Shown piece after piece: positions 29,065-45,090 of a stretch of 64,000 nt of DNA (positions are counted from its first letter, which is position 1; every line of letters starts with the position of its first letter). The position numbers were made by a program, and so were the translations under genes. Source of the stretch: Eledone cirrhosa (taxonomy: Eukaryota); NCBI GenBank assembly GCA_964016885.1, contig OZ024743.1, forward strand, positions 159,030,001 through 159,094,000. The letters are read 5' to 3'. The notes beneath the pieces are model-generated. The model did not search any database. It was not told the DNA's origin and saw nothing but the letters and a program-made list of their open reading frames with translations.

Positions 29065-29511
29065 TTTATTAAAATAACAGATTAAAGTTTAAGCAAAGAA
29101 TCGCTGCTTTCACCCTTAACGGGATCTTCTGAAATATTTGCTCTACGGTTCTTATATATTTGATATATATTTATCCTTATCGAGCCCTCTTTGGATTTTA
29201 GTCTTCAAATTTTATTATTATTACTATATATATATATATTTATTAAAATAACATATTCAGATGTTGTTTCTGCATGATGAATATAGCGTGCTCAACCGAG
29301 GCGTATATTTTTATATATTCTGGTACATATGGTTTGGTTATGTGTATACGGGAGTTTTGCGTCTGTGTGAGTATGCAGGTTCGTACGTATGTAGGGTGTG
29401 TGTATATGTGTACCTCATGTTTCGGTTGACTTACGTCTCCGAACATTTGTGTATTTACATGTAGGTATGTGTGCGCGCTTGTTATATACGTATTTATTTA
29501 TTTATATACGT

Positions 29512-29550
<39 letters not shown>

Positions 29551-30265
29551 TTTGTATACACGCATACACACACATATTTATATGTGCGTGGTTTTGTATA
29601 CCCATGGTAAGTGTTTTCGCGTATGCTTGTGTATGTACGTATTTGTATGCGTGTATGTATTTATTTAATTTCTATTACCTCTGTATTGTATTTATTTACT
29701 TTGTTCTTAACACTGTAGCGGAGATTCATTCGGTCTCCTAGTTAGAATTTTAATCTACGACTTCTGCTATACCATTTACGTGGTTTTGACTTTGCGTGCA
29801 ATTGTTCTCCACGCTCCACATATGACGTATTATCTTCGTTCTTTTCGTTCATTGCCAGAGAACGTCTCTATGAACCACCTAAGGAAACATTAGTCTACGA
29901 CCTCTTTTATACCATAAACGCGGTTCTGTCTTTGCGCGTAATTGTTTTTCACCGCTCCTATTAATGACGTATTATATTCGTTTTTTCCCGTTTTTGCCAG
30001 GGAACGTTACCACGAACCAAAGTATCGTCTTCCTGTCTTCCGCCGATTGCAACGGTTTTTGAAATATCCACTTCTGCGTTTACAGATTGACTTTGTTAGT
30101 TTCAGAAGATCCCGTTAAGGGTGAAAGCAGCGATTCTTTGCTTAAACTTTAATCTGTTATTTTAATAAGTATTTGCTCTACGGTTCTTATATATTTGATA
30201 TATATTTATCCCTATCGAGCCCTCTATGGATTTTAGTCTTCAAATTTATTATTATTACTATATGT
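29065..30265 (+). mobile_element. PLE family A tails (29065-29230 and ~29750-30265)
   Basis: Homologous to 237-710, 39890-40152 and 44865-45060; common 3' terminus before (TA)n. Confidence 0.65.
30098..30148 (+). ncRNA. Atypical hammerhead-like motif (CAGAAGA core)
   Basis: AGTTT-CAGAAGA-tCCCgttaaGGGt-GAA-AGCA-loop-TGCT-T-AAACT; core conserved in 5 copies. Confidence 0.6.
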
Positions 30266-30380
30266 ATATATATATAACGGCCATGAATTAGTTTTGCGAG
30301 GTTTTTTATATGAAATCGTGTGTCGAAACAAATATTGTTATACTTGGCAATATTACACAAATATGACCCTCCCCAAGTAT

Positions 30381-30432
<52 letters not shown>

Positions 30433-30489
30433 ATATGTATATATAAATATATATTATATATATGTATATAAATATATATTATATATATG

Positions 30490-31739
<1,250 letters not shown>

Positions 31740-31805
<66 letters not shown>

Positions 31806-31839
31806 AATATATATTATATATATGTATATAAATATATAT

Positions 31840-31872
<33 letters not shown>

Positions 31873-31873
31873 G

Positions 31874-31931
<58 letters not shown>

Positions 31932-32546
31932 AATATATATTATATATATGTATATAAATATATATTATATATATGTATATATAAATATATATTATATATA
32001 TGTATATAAATATATATTATATATATGTATATACATATATATTATATATATGTATATATATATATATATATGAAAGACGTAAAATAAGAAAATTAAAAAA
32101 AAATTAAAAATTAACTTACTAAAATTTTCACTCCAACTATTTAGTTTCTGTAATGGGATAAAGATAGTTACGTAATATAACCATCGAGAATTCATTACGT
32201 CATCTGGGAGTCTATTCTCAGCTAAGTCTCCAGGCAATGCGCGGACACTGGGGACTCATATCAAAATAATAATAATTCGGTGAATGGAACAGCTAGCGGG
32301 GACTGGCTTCCATGCACTGAAAAAGTTCGCTGTCAACTGGCAGATTCTAAAGAATCAATCACGTGACACTGAGGCTAGTCGGAAGGAGTGGGTTGGTAAG
32401 ATGACAAAAGCCTACTATCACACCAATGAATTAGTAGTGGATTTGGCAGGTTTGCTCAACAAATAAACAATTTGGAGATAAATATAGAGAATTCTCTATA
32501 TGTATATAAATATATATTATATATATGTATATACATATATATTATA

Positions 32547-32613
<67 letters not shown>

Positions 32614-32650
32614 GTATATATGTATATATATATATATATATGTATATGTA

Positions 32651-32687
<37 letters not shown>

Positions 32688-32690
32688 GTA

Positions 32691-32733
<43 letters not shown>

Positions 32734-32883
32734 GTATATATGTATGTATATGTATATATGTATATATATATATATATATATATGTATATGTATATATGTA
32801 TATATATATATAGATATATATATATGTATATGTATATATGTATATATGTATATGTATATATATATGTATATATGTATATGTAT

Positions 32884-32917
<34 letters not shown>

Positions 32918-33141
32918 GTATATGTATATATACATATATGTATATATATATATGTATATGTATTTATATATATATGTATATATATATATGTATATGTATT
33001 TATATATATATGTATATATATGTATATATATATGTATATGTATATATATATGTATATATATATGTATATGTATATATATATGTATATATATATATATATA
33101 AATATACATATATATATATATGTATATATATATAAATATAC

Positions 33142-33174
<33 letters not shown>

Positions 33175-33245
33175 AGTATATATATATATATGTATATATA
33201 TATATAAATATACATATATATATATATATGTATATATATATAAAT

Positions 33246-33276
<31 letters not shown>

Positions 33277-33292
33277 TATGTATATGTATATA

Positions 33293-33370
<78 letters not shown>

Positions 33371-33385
33371 TGTATATATTATAAG
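31740..33385. repeat. (TA)n/(TATG)n low-complexity arrays with a unique insert at ~32070-32495
   Basis: Direct inspection. Confidence 0.9.
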
Positions 33386-33956
33386 CTAGAAAAAATATGG
33401 GATTGGTAGAGATGCATCAATGGAAAAACTTTTAATGCATACTTGAGTTGTTACACTTTTGAGTTGAGGGTTGAGGTTTATTGGACTACAAATATCGACT
33501 TCCTGAGTTGGCTTGGTATTTGATGTAGGATCTCATAAAAACACTGGCGGTTTTTACACTGAATTTATACGATGTCGCATAAAAATAATTTCTCGTTATA
33601 CTCTCTATTCTAATATACAAACATACAACGCTTAACATCAAAATATATTTGATGCAGAAATCATTAATGTCATTCTACGAATCATCACAATCATTCCACA
33701 ACCCATGGAACGTACAAACTGAAAAAATTATCCCCAAATACATACATAAAATTATTCATTCTATTGCCGAGGAAGACAACGCATGACACTGACATATCAA
33801 AGTAAACAGACTCAGGAAAATTAACATAATATTTGGAAACCCTTCGAAATTTAGCAAACGTATTTATTAAATATAATTACAAAGTAATTATAAGCATGAT
33901 GTAATATAACATGATATAATATTATATGATATATTATAATATAATATAATATAATA

Positions 33957-34047
33957 TAATTGTTTCTACTTTAGGCACAAGGCCAGCAATTACCCAGTAC
34001 ATTACTTGTACTTTATTTTATCGACCCCGTAAGGAAGAAAAGCAAAA
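33957..34047 (-). mobile_element. SINE 3' half
   Basis: TTGTTTCTACTTTAGGCACAAGGCCAGC...TTTTATCGACCCCGTAAGG. Confidence 0.75.
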
Positions 34048-34141
34048 TATAATATAATATAATATATAATATAACATATTACAATATAATATAATATAAC
34101 ATAATATAATCTAATCTAATATAATATAACATATTACAATA

Positions 34142-34853
34142 TCTATATATAATATAAAAGAAAGATTTATTGGTTGGTTGGTTGGTTGAATTACACGAAA
34201 ACTATACAGACACACACGCACACACACACTCACAGACACACACACACACACACACCCACACACACACATACATACATACACACACATCTAAAGCGCGAGA
34301 GACACAGAGGGAGAGGCAGATAGAGAGAGATACAATTAAAGTGTTAGATATTCAGAGAGAGAGAGAGAGAAACGTCCCACGAAAGTCTAGAAACAGCTTA
34401 AACTATAAATCCTTTGATCTATAGAATGGTTTACCAATATTGCGTTAGCTTTTATAAAGTTGTTTTACAATCTTTGATTTTACAGAACAAACAAAATTGA
34501 TACTATTTGAAATTAATCTACCCTCCAGCTTTTATCCATATATTACTTACAGACAGTAGTTACTTCAGAATGTTGTGCGGTATATTGCTGTGTTTTAGAT
34601 GACGTCCTTTGGAGCTGAAAAAGATCATACTGACTATGGTTATTTCACAACATTTAAAATCCAAGGCCAATGCTATCATTTAATCGGTAGTTTACTCCCT
34701 CAGCCTAATAAGGAAGTTTTATGATTGCTTTTGTTTATGTCTCTCTCACACACTCTCACACACACACATAACGGTTTCATTTCATAGCAGACAACACATC
34801 CCAATACAGTCGTTTTCTCTGTTCTCCCAGGCGATGCCGGGTACCTCAGCTAA
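34142..34853 (+). mobile_element. Non-autonomous Helitron with a Rep N-terminal fragment
   Basis: 5' a|TCTATATATAATATAAAA. 34569-34716 reads NVVRY...F*MTSFGA...FKIQGQCYHLIGSLLP (Helitron Rep-like motif). 3' hairpin CCCAGGCGATGCCGGG then CTAA, a CTAG variant. Confidence 0.75.
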
Positions 34854-34869
34854 TAATATAATATATAAT

Positions 34870-37402
34870 ATTTTGAAATCATCACACAACTAGATAAAAT
34901 TAATACGAAACTATCTGCTCTAACAGAGACACTGGGCAAATTATATGTATACACAGAGAAACATACACAGATAGAAGAAGACAAACAAATAAACGATGAG
35001 ATAGAAAAACCACGTAAAAGCATAGAAATGATCGTCCAAACAAGACAAATGGAAACAACGAAAAGAGAATCATCTAGACATTCCTCAAATACTAATCTCC
35101 CTATAAACAACTTTATAGAGGACATATGGATAAATAACCCTAACCTAAGGATGTTCTTATTCTGGAACATGCTACGAAACAATAACAAACGGAGATTTAC
35201 GAACGCTGAATGACATCAACCCCTCTGACATTACCAAGAAAATAACAAATTAAACCATTCAACGGGGAGTCAGAACCGCAAAAGCAGCTGCGACAAAAGT
35301 TATCTCTTGAAAACATGTGGATAGAAATTGAACTCATGAAATTATGAGCGAGCGCAAATGAACAAACATAATAGGATATTGATGTACAAATGGAAATTGA
35401 ATCTCCAGAAAATACGATGGAGAATTACTTAACCACTTAAAAAAACAACAAAAAACAAAACAATGGAAACAAGAATGTGAGAACCAAGAGCTAACCTCCC
35501 TACGTAGATGGGAGGAAAATAATAAATAGTTCTCTAATCATGAAGAAAAATTTAAAAAAAGAATACAGTGAAAAAATATTTTTTGAAGAAAACAAAAATC
35601 AACAACACGAAAACCCATATTTCCACCACCCACACAACACAACCCAAATATTCAAATTATCAAAGAAAACCCCGATATAGACGAGATTGAGACAGAAATT
35701 TTGAAGAAAGGATACTTAGAAGATTTCAAAGACAACCTCCACCATTTCAACTCATAAATAGTCCAACAAGGAATAATAACAGACGACATACCCAGATCTA
35801 CCTTTACAATTACGGACAAAACAGAATAATCACAAGGAAAATACATATAAAGACAGAACGATAAATAGAAATCCAAACTTTAGGGAACTACTGAAATAAT
35901 CTCAGACTGAATCAAAACCAGCACACAACACATAAGTTTAAGGAACAGAATAACGGATGAAATGATGAAATACAGAACAATTACACAAATTACTGCATAC
36001 AAAATACTAACAGGAGGAATAATATAGATGCTCCCTACCCTAATGACCGTTTGTTATAGATGAACCAGAGTTACAGGGACACGAGATGGCCCAACGCCTT
36101 ATAGATAATTAACCTCTCTCAAAAATCATTAACATCCACACAAATCCTAAACACAGGATTATAATTTACACCAACACCCCAAACACCAAATATAGCATAA
36201 ATTAAGGATGATATTTCGGACTTCTGTAGAAGTCTCAGTCTAGCAGAAAATTTCTTTGAAGAAGATAATAGTGTCCTAAAAATCACTAGTAAAAGCAAAT
36301 AAAGAATTACAACCCCCAAGAGGTAGAAATACAGCCCTGTATACATTCTGTGACCACATCGCAAATTCCCCAATTGTAAACCTGAAAGCCCCACAAACAA
36401 AGTCAAACAATTAGACAACAATGGAAACAATTAAAAGACATATAACTGGATAGAAATATTGTTATAAACGATGACAAAGGAGGCGCAGTTGTTATTATGG
36501 ACACAGACCATTACAAAAACATTATATAGAACATGTTATGAAACGATACATACTATGAATAAGCAAAGGAATACAAACGTCATAAGGTGATGAAACAACT
36601 CACTGGTTTGCTACACCCATACCGAATCTGTCTGACAGACAAGGAATTTGAGTAATAACAAATTTTAGAAGTAAATCATGCAATATGATGAAAAGAAACT
36701 CTGTAAATATACCTACACCAATCGACTTAATACTAAGACCCATCATAGCAGGCCCAATTTGTGAGACACATCACTTAAGCAATTTCCTTAGCATCTTATT
36801 AAAACCTCTCACCAAACACATCCGTTGTTTCATACGAAATACCTAGACTTTCTCAACCATCTACCAAATATAGTAAACCAAAATATTTACATGGTTTCTT
36901 TTGATATTGTGAACCTATATAGTAACATCCCTCACGACTACGGAATCGAAGCTATTCAATAATGGCTAAACCCATTCCCTCATGAGCTACCAGAACGTAT
37001 AAACAGAAACATCGTCATAGAAAGTCTTAAATTCATCCAAAAATACAATTACCTCATCGTCGACGAAAGACCCTGCCGACAGAAATCAGGAACATCCATA
37101 GATACCAAAGTAGCGCTAACATATACCAACTTAGTAATGGGATACCATGAACTAAAAATCTACGAAAGAGCTTCATAAATTCATGTGAGTGTCTTCAGTT
37201 GCTATCTCAAAGAAAACTGGAAAAGACACCTAGACTACTGTTTATTTTGTGGACGAAACATCTTGATGAACTAAGGAATTTTCAAGCTCTCATTAATGAG
37301 TTAAACTCTAACACCCAATTCACTGTGCAATTTAGTAACGAAAAACTCCCTTTCTTAGACATACTAATAACGAAAAGAAACACAAAACTGAAACTGACAT
37401 AG
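34870..37402 (+). pseudogene. Decayed Neptune PLE, N-terminal region and RT
   Basis: [71 protein letters not shown]; many stops and frameshifts. 5' limit approximate. Confidence 0.8.
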
Positions 37403-37666
37403 TTTTCATATTAATTCTGAGAAAATGGTATAGACCAGATTAACTGAATTTAACTTCAAGGAATTAAGTTTCCTTGAATCACTAACTTTGCATAATATAG
37501 GTTGCAACGCTCTGTTGTTTTGTTTTATAATTCACCCCCTTTACATTATTTAAAAGATTTGTTTATTTATAGCTAAATCCGAGATTAATTGCTCTTGAAG
37601 ACCTCTCTGGTATTTTCTGAAAACCTCAAAATAATCTCTGTAGGTGACCATTTTTATTTTATATAA

Positions 37667-38945
37667 CAGGCTGAATGAGTTGGCGTGGATAGCCCAACGA
37701 AACGTAATTACCTGCATATGTCACTGTTGTAAGTAATTGTACTTAATTCGTCCTATGGATTGAGTGCTCTTACCCTTGGATATTTCTACCAAACTTATAC
37801 TACAGTAACCAGCTTCAGAAACTTGTTTTGACCAGCAGATTCATACACATGTGTACGATTGGCAACCCAAATTAAACTGTTGAGCGCTTTATATATTCGA
37901 GTACCCGACACAACGTGAAAATGTACCTCGGAGAGATTGACTACTCCATGAAAAACATAACGACCCCATCACACAGGACTTACTCTAAACTCCTTCTCCA
38001 CAAAGTTGAAGATGTGGTCAAGCGATTGAAATGGAGTATACTGGCCTTCGACGGTAAACTATCAAGTTCAGCTAATATTTCCAACATGAAGTCTAAAACG
38101 TATCCACCTCAGGTAAATGAACTCGCTACTTTTAACATATCTTTTCACAAACACTCCAAATCCTTTCAGACATAGAGACATAACATCTTCATATCCTCTG
38201 ATAAAAGTTTTGTCCTATCAGATAAAACTAACAATCTTTATTAACTAGATCATTCTGCCTATAACCAACTTCTGAACAAAATCCTACAGTCTAAATATAA
38301 AAATGCTGACCCTGCTACTTATTATTACATTAGTAACGAGGCGAAGCATTTAGCCGCTGCCCTCAAAGTAGATGACAAGATAGAATGCTTGGCTAGGAGT
38401 GAGAACTATATTACACTTACGGATCATATGGATAACTCCATTAATAAACCAACTTGCAGACTCATACACTCTGCCAAAACGGAATTAGGACTTGTTAGTA
38501 AAAAAAAATTAACGTAGCCATTAGGACTTGTTAGTAAAAGAATTAACGTAGCCATTACACAACAGTTCAACCTTATTCACTGAGATAATAGCCAAACAGT
38601 TATAGATTGGTTTAACTTCCTCAAACACACTAAGAAGGCTAGGTTCATTCAATTTGATACAGTTGATTTTTATCCCTCGATATCCACGATCTTAGGCCAT
38701 GGATTTCGCTAGCAATTTCACCAATATAGACGAATCACACTGCAGGAAATGCCTCCTTTTTAATAATGAGGGCTCCTGGATAAAGGAATCCACTAACAAT
38801 GACCCGTTTGATTTGCCAATATGATTATTTGACAGAACTGTTATATACGATTTGGTGGGACATTTTATCTTAGACACACCACGTAAGAAATTCCCTGATT
38901 TCCATACGGGCCTATATCGTGATGACGGTCTGGCACTATCGAGTC
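37667..38945 (+). mobile_element. Decayed Naiad PLE 5' half with an upstream hammerhead-like motif (37667-37714)
   Basis: YSMKNI..PS..KVEDVVKRLKW, SDKTNNLY, CRLI..AKTELG.VSK, FIQFD.VDFYPSI, DLVGHFIL, GLYRDDGL. CAGG-CTGAATGA-GTTGG..CCAAC-GAAA..CCTG lies ~230 nt upstream of the ORF. Confidence 0.8.
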
Positions 38946-39454
38946 ATAAAAGTAGCTGTGACGGCACAGCATTTTCCATTAAATTAAGTATATTAGAAAA
39001 AGCCAGCCCCATGTCGATGGGACAAAATTGAAGAAAATCCAATACAGATGGAAGTATTATCAGCGAGGCACTCAAAACACATCATCCAAAGCACCACATA
39101 GTTCAATAGAGGAGAAAAAGTCACATACCATTAAGAGTACAAATCATCCAAATTTCTTTATCATTTATGATATATGATTTTCACTGTACTTAAATTGTCT
39201 GTAACAGCATGTTTTCTTAATTTCTTTATTGCATTTATCTGCTCCTATTTTTCATATGTTTTTTTTCCGATGCTTACGCTTATCTAACCTCCCATATTAT
39301 GTATCCTCCTAATGTTCTTGTGACAAAGTTTTGATTTTATATTTACGTTTTACGTTTCTTATCAAATCCGACGATCCGGCCTTATGTTAGGATGAAACGA
39401 TCGGCAGTGATTAAATGTTTGAACGATTAAACACTCTTTGATTTTCATTTACAT

Positions 39455-39499
<45 letters not shown>

Positions 39500-39513
<14 letters not shown>

Positions 39514-39665
39514 GAGAATGTCTGTCTGTCCAATCACTAAAACTCGAGAACCACCCAACCGATTGTTTTCAAACTTTACACATGTAATACTTATGGTCCC
39601 GTGAGTGTTTTGAGCAAAGAATCTCAAATTTTCAATGCCCTAAGGACCGCATTAGGTGATTAAGA

Positions 39666-39728
<63 letters not shown>

Positions 39729-40182
39729 GTCTTTCTCTTTTTGGATAGATACATAGATATAACGTTGCGCCCTTATAATATCTGTCTGTATGCCTGGCTG
39801 TCTGCATTACGACATTATTACGTAGCTGTGTGTGTGTATGAGGGGGGTGTATATGTATATATAGTGTGTGTATATATAAATATAGTATGTAACGCTTTTC
39901 GAAATATTTACTTCTGCGTTCACAGATTCATTTTTTTAATTTTAGTTTCAGAAGATCCCGTTAAGGGTGAAAGCAGCGATTCTTTGCTTAAACTTTAATC
40001 TGTTATTTTAATATATAAATATATATATATAATTATATATTCGTGTACAGATATGTTTGCATACACAATAACAAAATATAAACAAACGTATTTATTTCAC
40101 GAGGCTCGATAAGGATAAATATATATCAAATATATAAGAACCCTAGAGCAAATCCCGAGCAACGCCAGGCCATTCTGCTAGT
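39500..40182 (+). mobile_element. Non-autonomous Helitron-like element interrupted by a PLE family A fragment (39890-40152)
   Basis: TATATAAAA..TGTCTGTCTGTC..CCAACCGATT 5' signature; 3' CCCGAGCAACGCCAGG..CTAG|T. Confidence 0.6.
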
Positions 40183-40540
40183 ATATATAATATTGGGTAT
40201 GAATCACCATATAGAAGGTACTAATCGAGTTGTTTGAGGCAATAACAAAACACTAAATTGAGCGTGAAGTTAAACAGTATCACCCAGAGGAAACACAACA
40301 TCTAATATATATATACATATATATATATTTGAAAATGGACTAAGGTTCTATACAAAACAGGGGTTATAGAGAAAAGGTGGAATTGGAAATAGCACGGAAA
40401 ATATATTTTTCAATAATGTCACTTTGACGAATAAAAGTAGAACAAAAGAAAAAAAAAGACTCTTAAATATATTTTCCGTGGTATTTCCAATTCCAGCTTC
40501 TCTCTCTTTCTCCCTCTCCCCTCTCTTTCTCTCTCTCTCT

Positions 40541-40604
<64 letters not shown>

Positions 40605-40669
40605 AACGGAGTTAGAGACTCATGTTGACCCCCTATAATTTAATGAGCTCAAGGATTAGATTTCGGGCT

Positions 40670-41232
40670 CTTTATAAGACAGTATATAGAGAAACATACA
40701 CAAAGAGGTACGTGTTCACTTATAAGTGAAGGCTTATCAACAGGGGGACCAACAATATGATCTACACTTCTAAAATTATATCAGATAACTAGTATACACA
40801 CATGGTGGAAAGAGAAAACATGCATGCTATATAGCCCATGGTGGTGTGAATGGATCCAAAGACCACTAACAGCAGCTGAGAACCATTCAACTTAAGAAGC
40901 TCTACGTATATATACACCATTCACACCACCATGGGATATATAGCGTACATGTTTTCTCTTTCAACCATGTGCGTGTACTAGTTATCTGATATATTTTTAG
41001 AAGTGTGGATCATATTGTTGGTATGAATCTATACTTTATTTGTGGGGAAACATGCTATATAACATGGCCAGGTGTTATAGTTATAAACGGATGGTTTTTT
41101 ACATTTTAATTTACTCTTTTAATTGATATGTATTCTCCATTCGTTTCGTACACAATATGTTTTTCACTCTGGTGGTATTCCATCAACTGTAATTGAACAC
41201 ATACTTCTTTGTATATTTTTCTCCATATAGTG

Positions 41233-41240
<8 letters not shown>
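40670..41240. repeat. Nested fold-back (40748-40853 / 40917-41022 and 40673-40718 / 41193-41238)
   Basis: Reverse-complement arms, e.g. CCCATGGTGGTGTGAATGG / CCATTCACACCACCATGGG. Confidence 0.7.
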
Positions 41241-41271
<31 letters not shown>

Positions 41272-41276
<5 letters not shown>

Positions 41277-41466
41277 AAAAGTATAAGCCCGACGGCAGAG
41301 CTCAAGCCGTTTCGACGGCTATTTTAGTCCAGAAATAGCCGTCGAAACGGCTTTAGCTCTGCCGTCGGGATCATAATTTTTCCTATTTCCCATTCTACAA
41401 CCCTAAGTATTGAGTACCCTGGTGCGTTATGGTCCATCTGGTTCCTTACCACAATTCCTTTGTTAT
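41272..41466 (+). mobile_element. Fold-back PLE tail, family B relative
   Basis: Apex is the stem GACGGCTATTT/AAATAGCCGTC, followed by GAAACGGC..GCCGTC. Confidence 0.75.
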
Positions 41467-42824
41467 ATATATATATATATATCATGTACTCATATTGTTA
41501 TTTTCCTGCATTTAGAAGGTCCATACTTCCGGAATTTTGAACCGAGCCATGTATTCAATTTACAGGTTACATTGCTCCCTTTCCATGCCCAGGATATTCT
41601 CGTGTTAATTACTTTGTGATGCCGATTGCTCTCTTACAAGAAGCTTATAAACTAATACAATAAAACCACGCGACTCACTAATAAATTAAACATGTCTTTT
41701 CTTAATCTAAATGTCATCTTACTCTATATAATGGAGGTGGAATAGTAACAGTTTCTGCTGTTGCAAATAAATCTCTCAGTTACCAATTTACTATCCTAAA
41801 TAGATTTGACTAATTTTCTACATAAGTATGGAATTAACACATTTATAGTGTGGTTATAAATAAATAGAAAAATATTTTTGGACATTATAAAATCAATATT
41901 GAATAAAATCAGTTAACTTGTCTTTCAACTAAATATGATTTAAGAAATTCAATTTTGTGACTCTAGAAATATATCAATTATGGGACATGATAAGATATGT
42001 AAAATAATGCCCAACAGTAATGTTTTATAAATGACTGTATGAAATACCACACAAAAAAACCCCTACCTATGGCGTCCGTTCTTCTATTCAATTACAGTCC
42101 AACTTGCAATGAACACTACAATATATAGAAATGCAATGCATCTAATTTTGAGAACATCATTTATCTAAATTCTATGTAGTAATGTATTGATGTATCTCAT
42201 TTTCGTTGCGCATTTCGTTGCGCATTCTTAGCTTTATAAAACGCACCAATGTGAAAATCTCTATCAAGCTGTATAATCTACAAGAAATATCAACCTGGTT
42301 GTCCCAAATCATAACATACCAAAAAAAGAATAGTATGATGCATCTTCAAGCACGGAGGAATGTTCCTGTTTGGACAGCCTGTAATGATAGATCTTAATCA
42401 GGGCGGATTTAAGGACAATAACAACACTTACACACTTATGAAATATGTCGTTAAATAGAATTCTTTAAAAACCTTCATCAAACAAACAACCATGCACCGA
42501 AAATGAATATCATGCATGACACATACAAAATTCGCAAGAGCGACCTTACAAAATATGATACGCAGATGATAGCTGTCAACTTTATGTAACTTACTGTGAT
42601 GAAGCATTCATAAGTATCACTAGACATATTTTCATATGCACCCAAGAGAAGACTTAATATAGAAAAACCATAACTATAGATAGCATTTCATTCAGCATAG
42701 AGATTTAATATGTGAGGAGACTAAATCCAAGTGAAGTAATATGTCGGAAGATATTCTTACTTAGTAATTTACATCTTTGTACAACCACAAATTCATCAAA
42801 AATGTATTTATACATGCACACAGA

Positions 42825-42876
<52 letters not shown>

Positions 42877-43422
42877 AATCGGTGGCTGGTCGAGGGACGG
42901 AATTGTATCGGATTCCAGTTGCTAATCACTTTATTGTGTACGGCCGTCACAAACAGTCATAGCCGGCATGGACTGGGGTTTGGATTCTGTCGATCGATTG
43001 GTTATTGATTAGGCGATACCCACTGATGAAGCCACATACGCCGATTATGCATTGTTGCAGTGCACCCTACTTCTGCATTAAGTGTGGCCGAAACTCCGAA
43101 TCCGGGAACTATTATAGGCACCCGTTTTACCTGTGTTGTATTGAAGCGCATAACTATGTGTATCCTATTTTACCTATTGAGTACGCTGATATACAACCGT
43201 TCCTGGCATTGATAAATATGCTGGGTGGGTCAACTCATTATATATATATATATGTAGACGCGCACCATCATTCACTTTTCTAAAAAAATAAATCATACAC
43301 AAACGCCAGCACCAACAGTTTTCCAAGAGATGTCAACATGAATGGACCTGTTATTTTTATCTAAAGATATGTTTTCCAATTCCAACGTGCCCGTCCCCTT
43401 AATCTATCTTATTATTATTCTT

Positions 43423-43458
43423 TCTTCTGATGAAGGACTAGCGTCAGAAACGTTAAGA
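43423..43458 (+). ncRNA. Minimal hammerhead ribozyme
   Basis: TCTT-CTGATGA-agGACtagcGTCa-GAAACGTT-AAGA, with palindromic AACGTT. Confidence 0.65.
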
Positions 43459-43578
43459 CCCACTTCCTGCTATTTCAAGCGTTAACCTAATATATGCCTT
43501 CCATATACTGTAACGATTGTGTTGTTATTTCTGTTTACATTTTACATACATACACAGACGCACACGCACACGCACACG

Positions 43579-43627
<49 letters not shown>

Positions 43628-43703
43628 GTAAGTATGCACACGTGCACACACATATACGCACATATACATATGTGCGTATGGGTTATATCGAATATTAATA
43701 ATT

Positions 43704-43893
43704 AATAATTGTTTCTACTTTTGGCACAAGGCCAGCAATTATCCCAGTGTATTACTGGTACTTTATTTTATCGACCCTGTAAGGATGAAAGGCAAAGTTA
43801 ACCTCGGCAGGATTTGAACCCAGATCATAAAGGGAGGTAACTTTATGCTTCAAAGCCTGGGGTCCGACCCTCTACCGATACTGCCAATCCACC
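43704..43893 (-). mobile_element. tRNA-derived SINE
   Basis: Reverse-complement homologue of 58571-58768. Confidence 0.85.
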
Positions 43894-44036
43894 ACAATAT
43901 TAATAATTAATAATAATGTTAGATTCGTTTGTATTTAAAGCTAAGTCGTGTCGGTGACCGACCGTCACCTGGTTTTTCAACACTGGGTTTGATGAACAAT
44001 CAACATGTTTATGGGTCATTCCCCTTCACCAGGACT

Positions 44037-44093
<57 letters not shown>

Positions 44094-44142
44094 CATGAAA
44101 AAAAAAATATATATATATATGTAATCTGAGTTTTTCGCATAT

Positions 44143-44327
44143 TAATAATTGTTTCTACTTTTGGCACAAGGCCAGCAATAACCCAGTACATTACTGGAAC
44201 TTTATTTTATCGACCCCGTAAGGATGAAAGGCAAAGTTAACCTCGGCGGTATTTGAACTCAGAATGGCAAGGGCCGTAACTCTATGCGTCAAACCATGGC
44301 ATCCGACCCTCTACCGATACTACCAAT
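44143..44327 (-). mobile_element. tRNA-derived SINE
   Basis: Reverse-complement homologue of 58571-58768. Confidence 0.85.
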
Positions 44328-44560
44328 AATAATAATAATATTCGTTTCGTTTGCAATTAGGCAAATAAGCTTCATTTTTAAAGCCGTGTCAGCAGAATGA
44401 GCCCCTCATTCTTGCTCTTGTGTTGGCATATAAACAGAACTGCAGAGACTAATGTTTCTGGGTATTACGCTTCATCAGTAAAGTTCACTGATCACCTGCC
44501 AACTGTCAGAGCTAGTAAAAATATATGATATTTTCTAAAATATACAGTGACCGATTGGCC

Positions 44561-44656
44561 TGATTTGCATATTAGCAGACTGGCTGATCAGTCAGATCTG
44601 CATACTAGCAGATCCACTGATCAGCTAGATTTGCATATCAGGAGACTGGCCAGTTA
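44561..44656. repeat. ~33-bp minisatellite, 3 units
   Basis: GATYTGCATAYYAGSAGA..CTGATCAG units starting at 44561, 44594 and 44627. Confidence 0.6.
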
Positions 44657-44809
44657 GTTTCCTATGTATGATCGATGAATTGCCGGCTTTGCCATATTAA
44701 TAAAAAAAAAAAAAAAATTCGCTCTACATCGCTGAATACAATAAATGTAAACTGAGTTTTTCGAATATTAATAATAATATTCGATTCGTTTGTAATTATG
44801 AAAACAAGC

Positions 44810-44871
<62 letters not shown>

Positions 44872-45057
44872 TAACAGATTAAAGTTTAAGCAAAGATTGC
44901 TTTCACCCTTAACGGTATCTTCTGAAACGCAATTCTTAGCTTAAACTTTAATCAGCTATTTTAATAAATATTTGCTCTAGCGTTCTTATATATTTGGTAT
45001 ATATTTATCCTTATCGAACCCTCTTTGGATTTTAGTCTTCAAATTTATTATTATTAC

Positions 45058-45089
<32 letters not shown>

Positions 45090-45090
<1 letters not shown>

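Noticed and set aside
43015-43065. CTGATGA with a possible CACTG/CAGTG stem
   Set aside because: No correctly placed GAAA; at best a decayed hammerhead.
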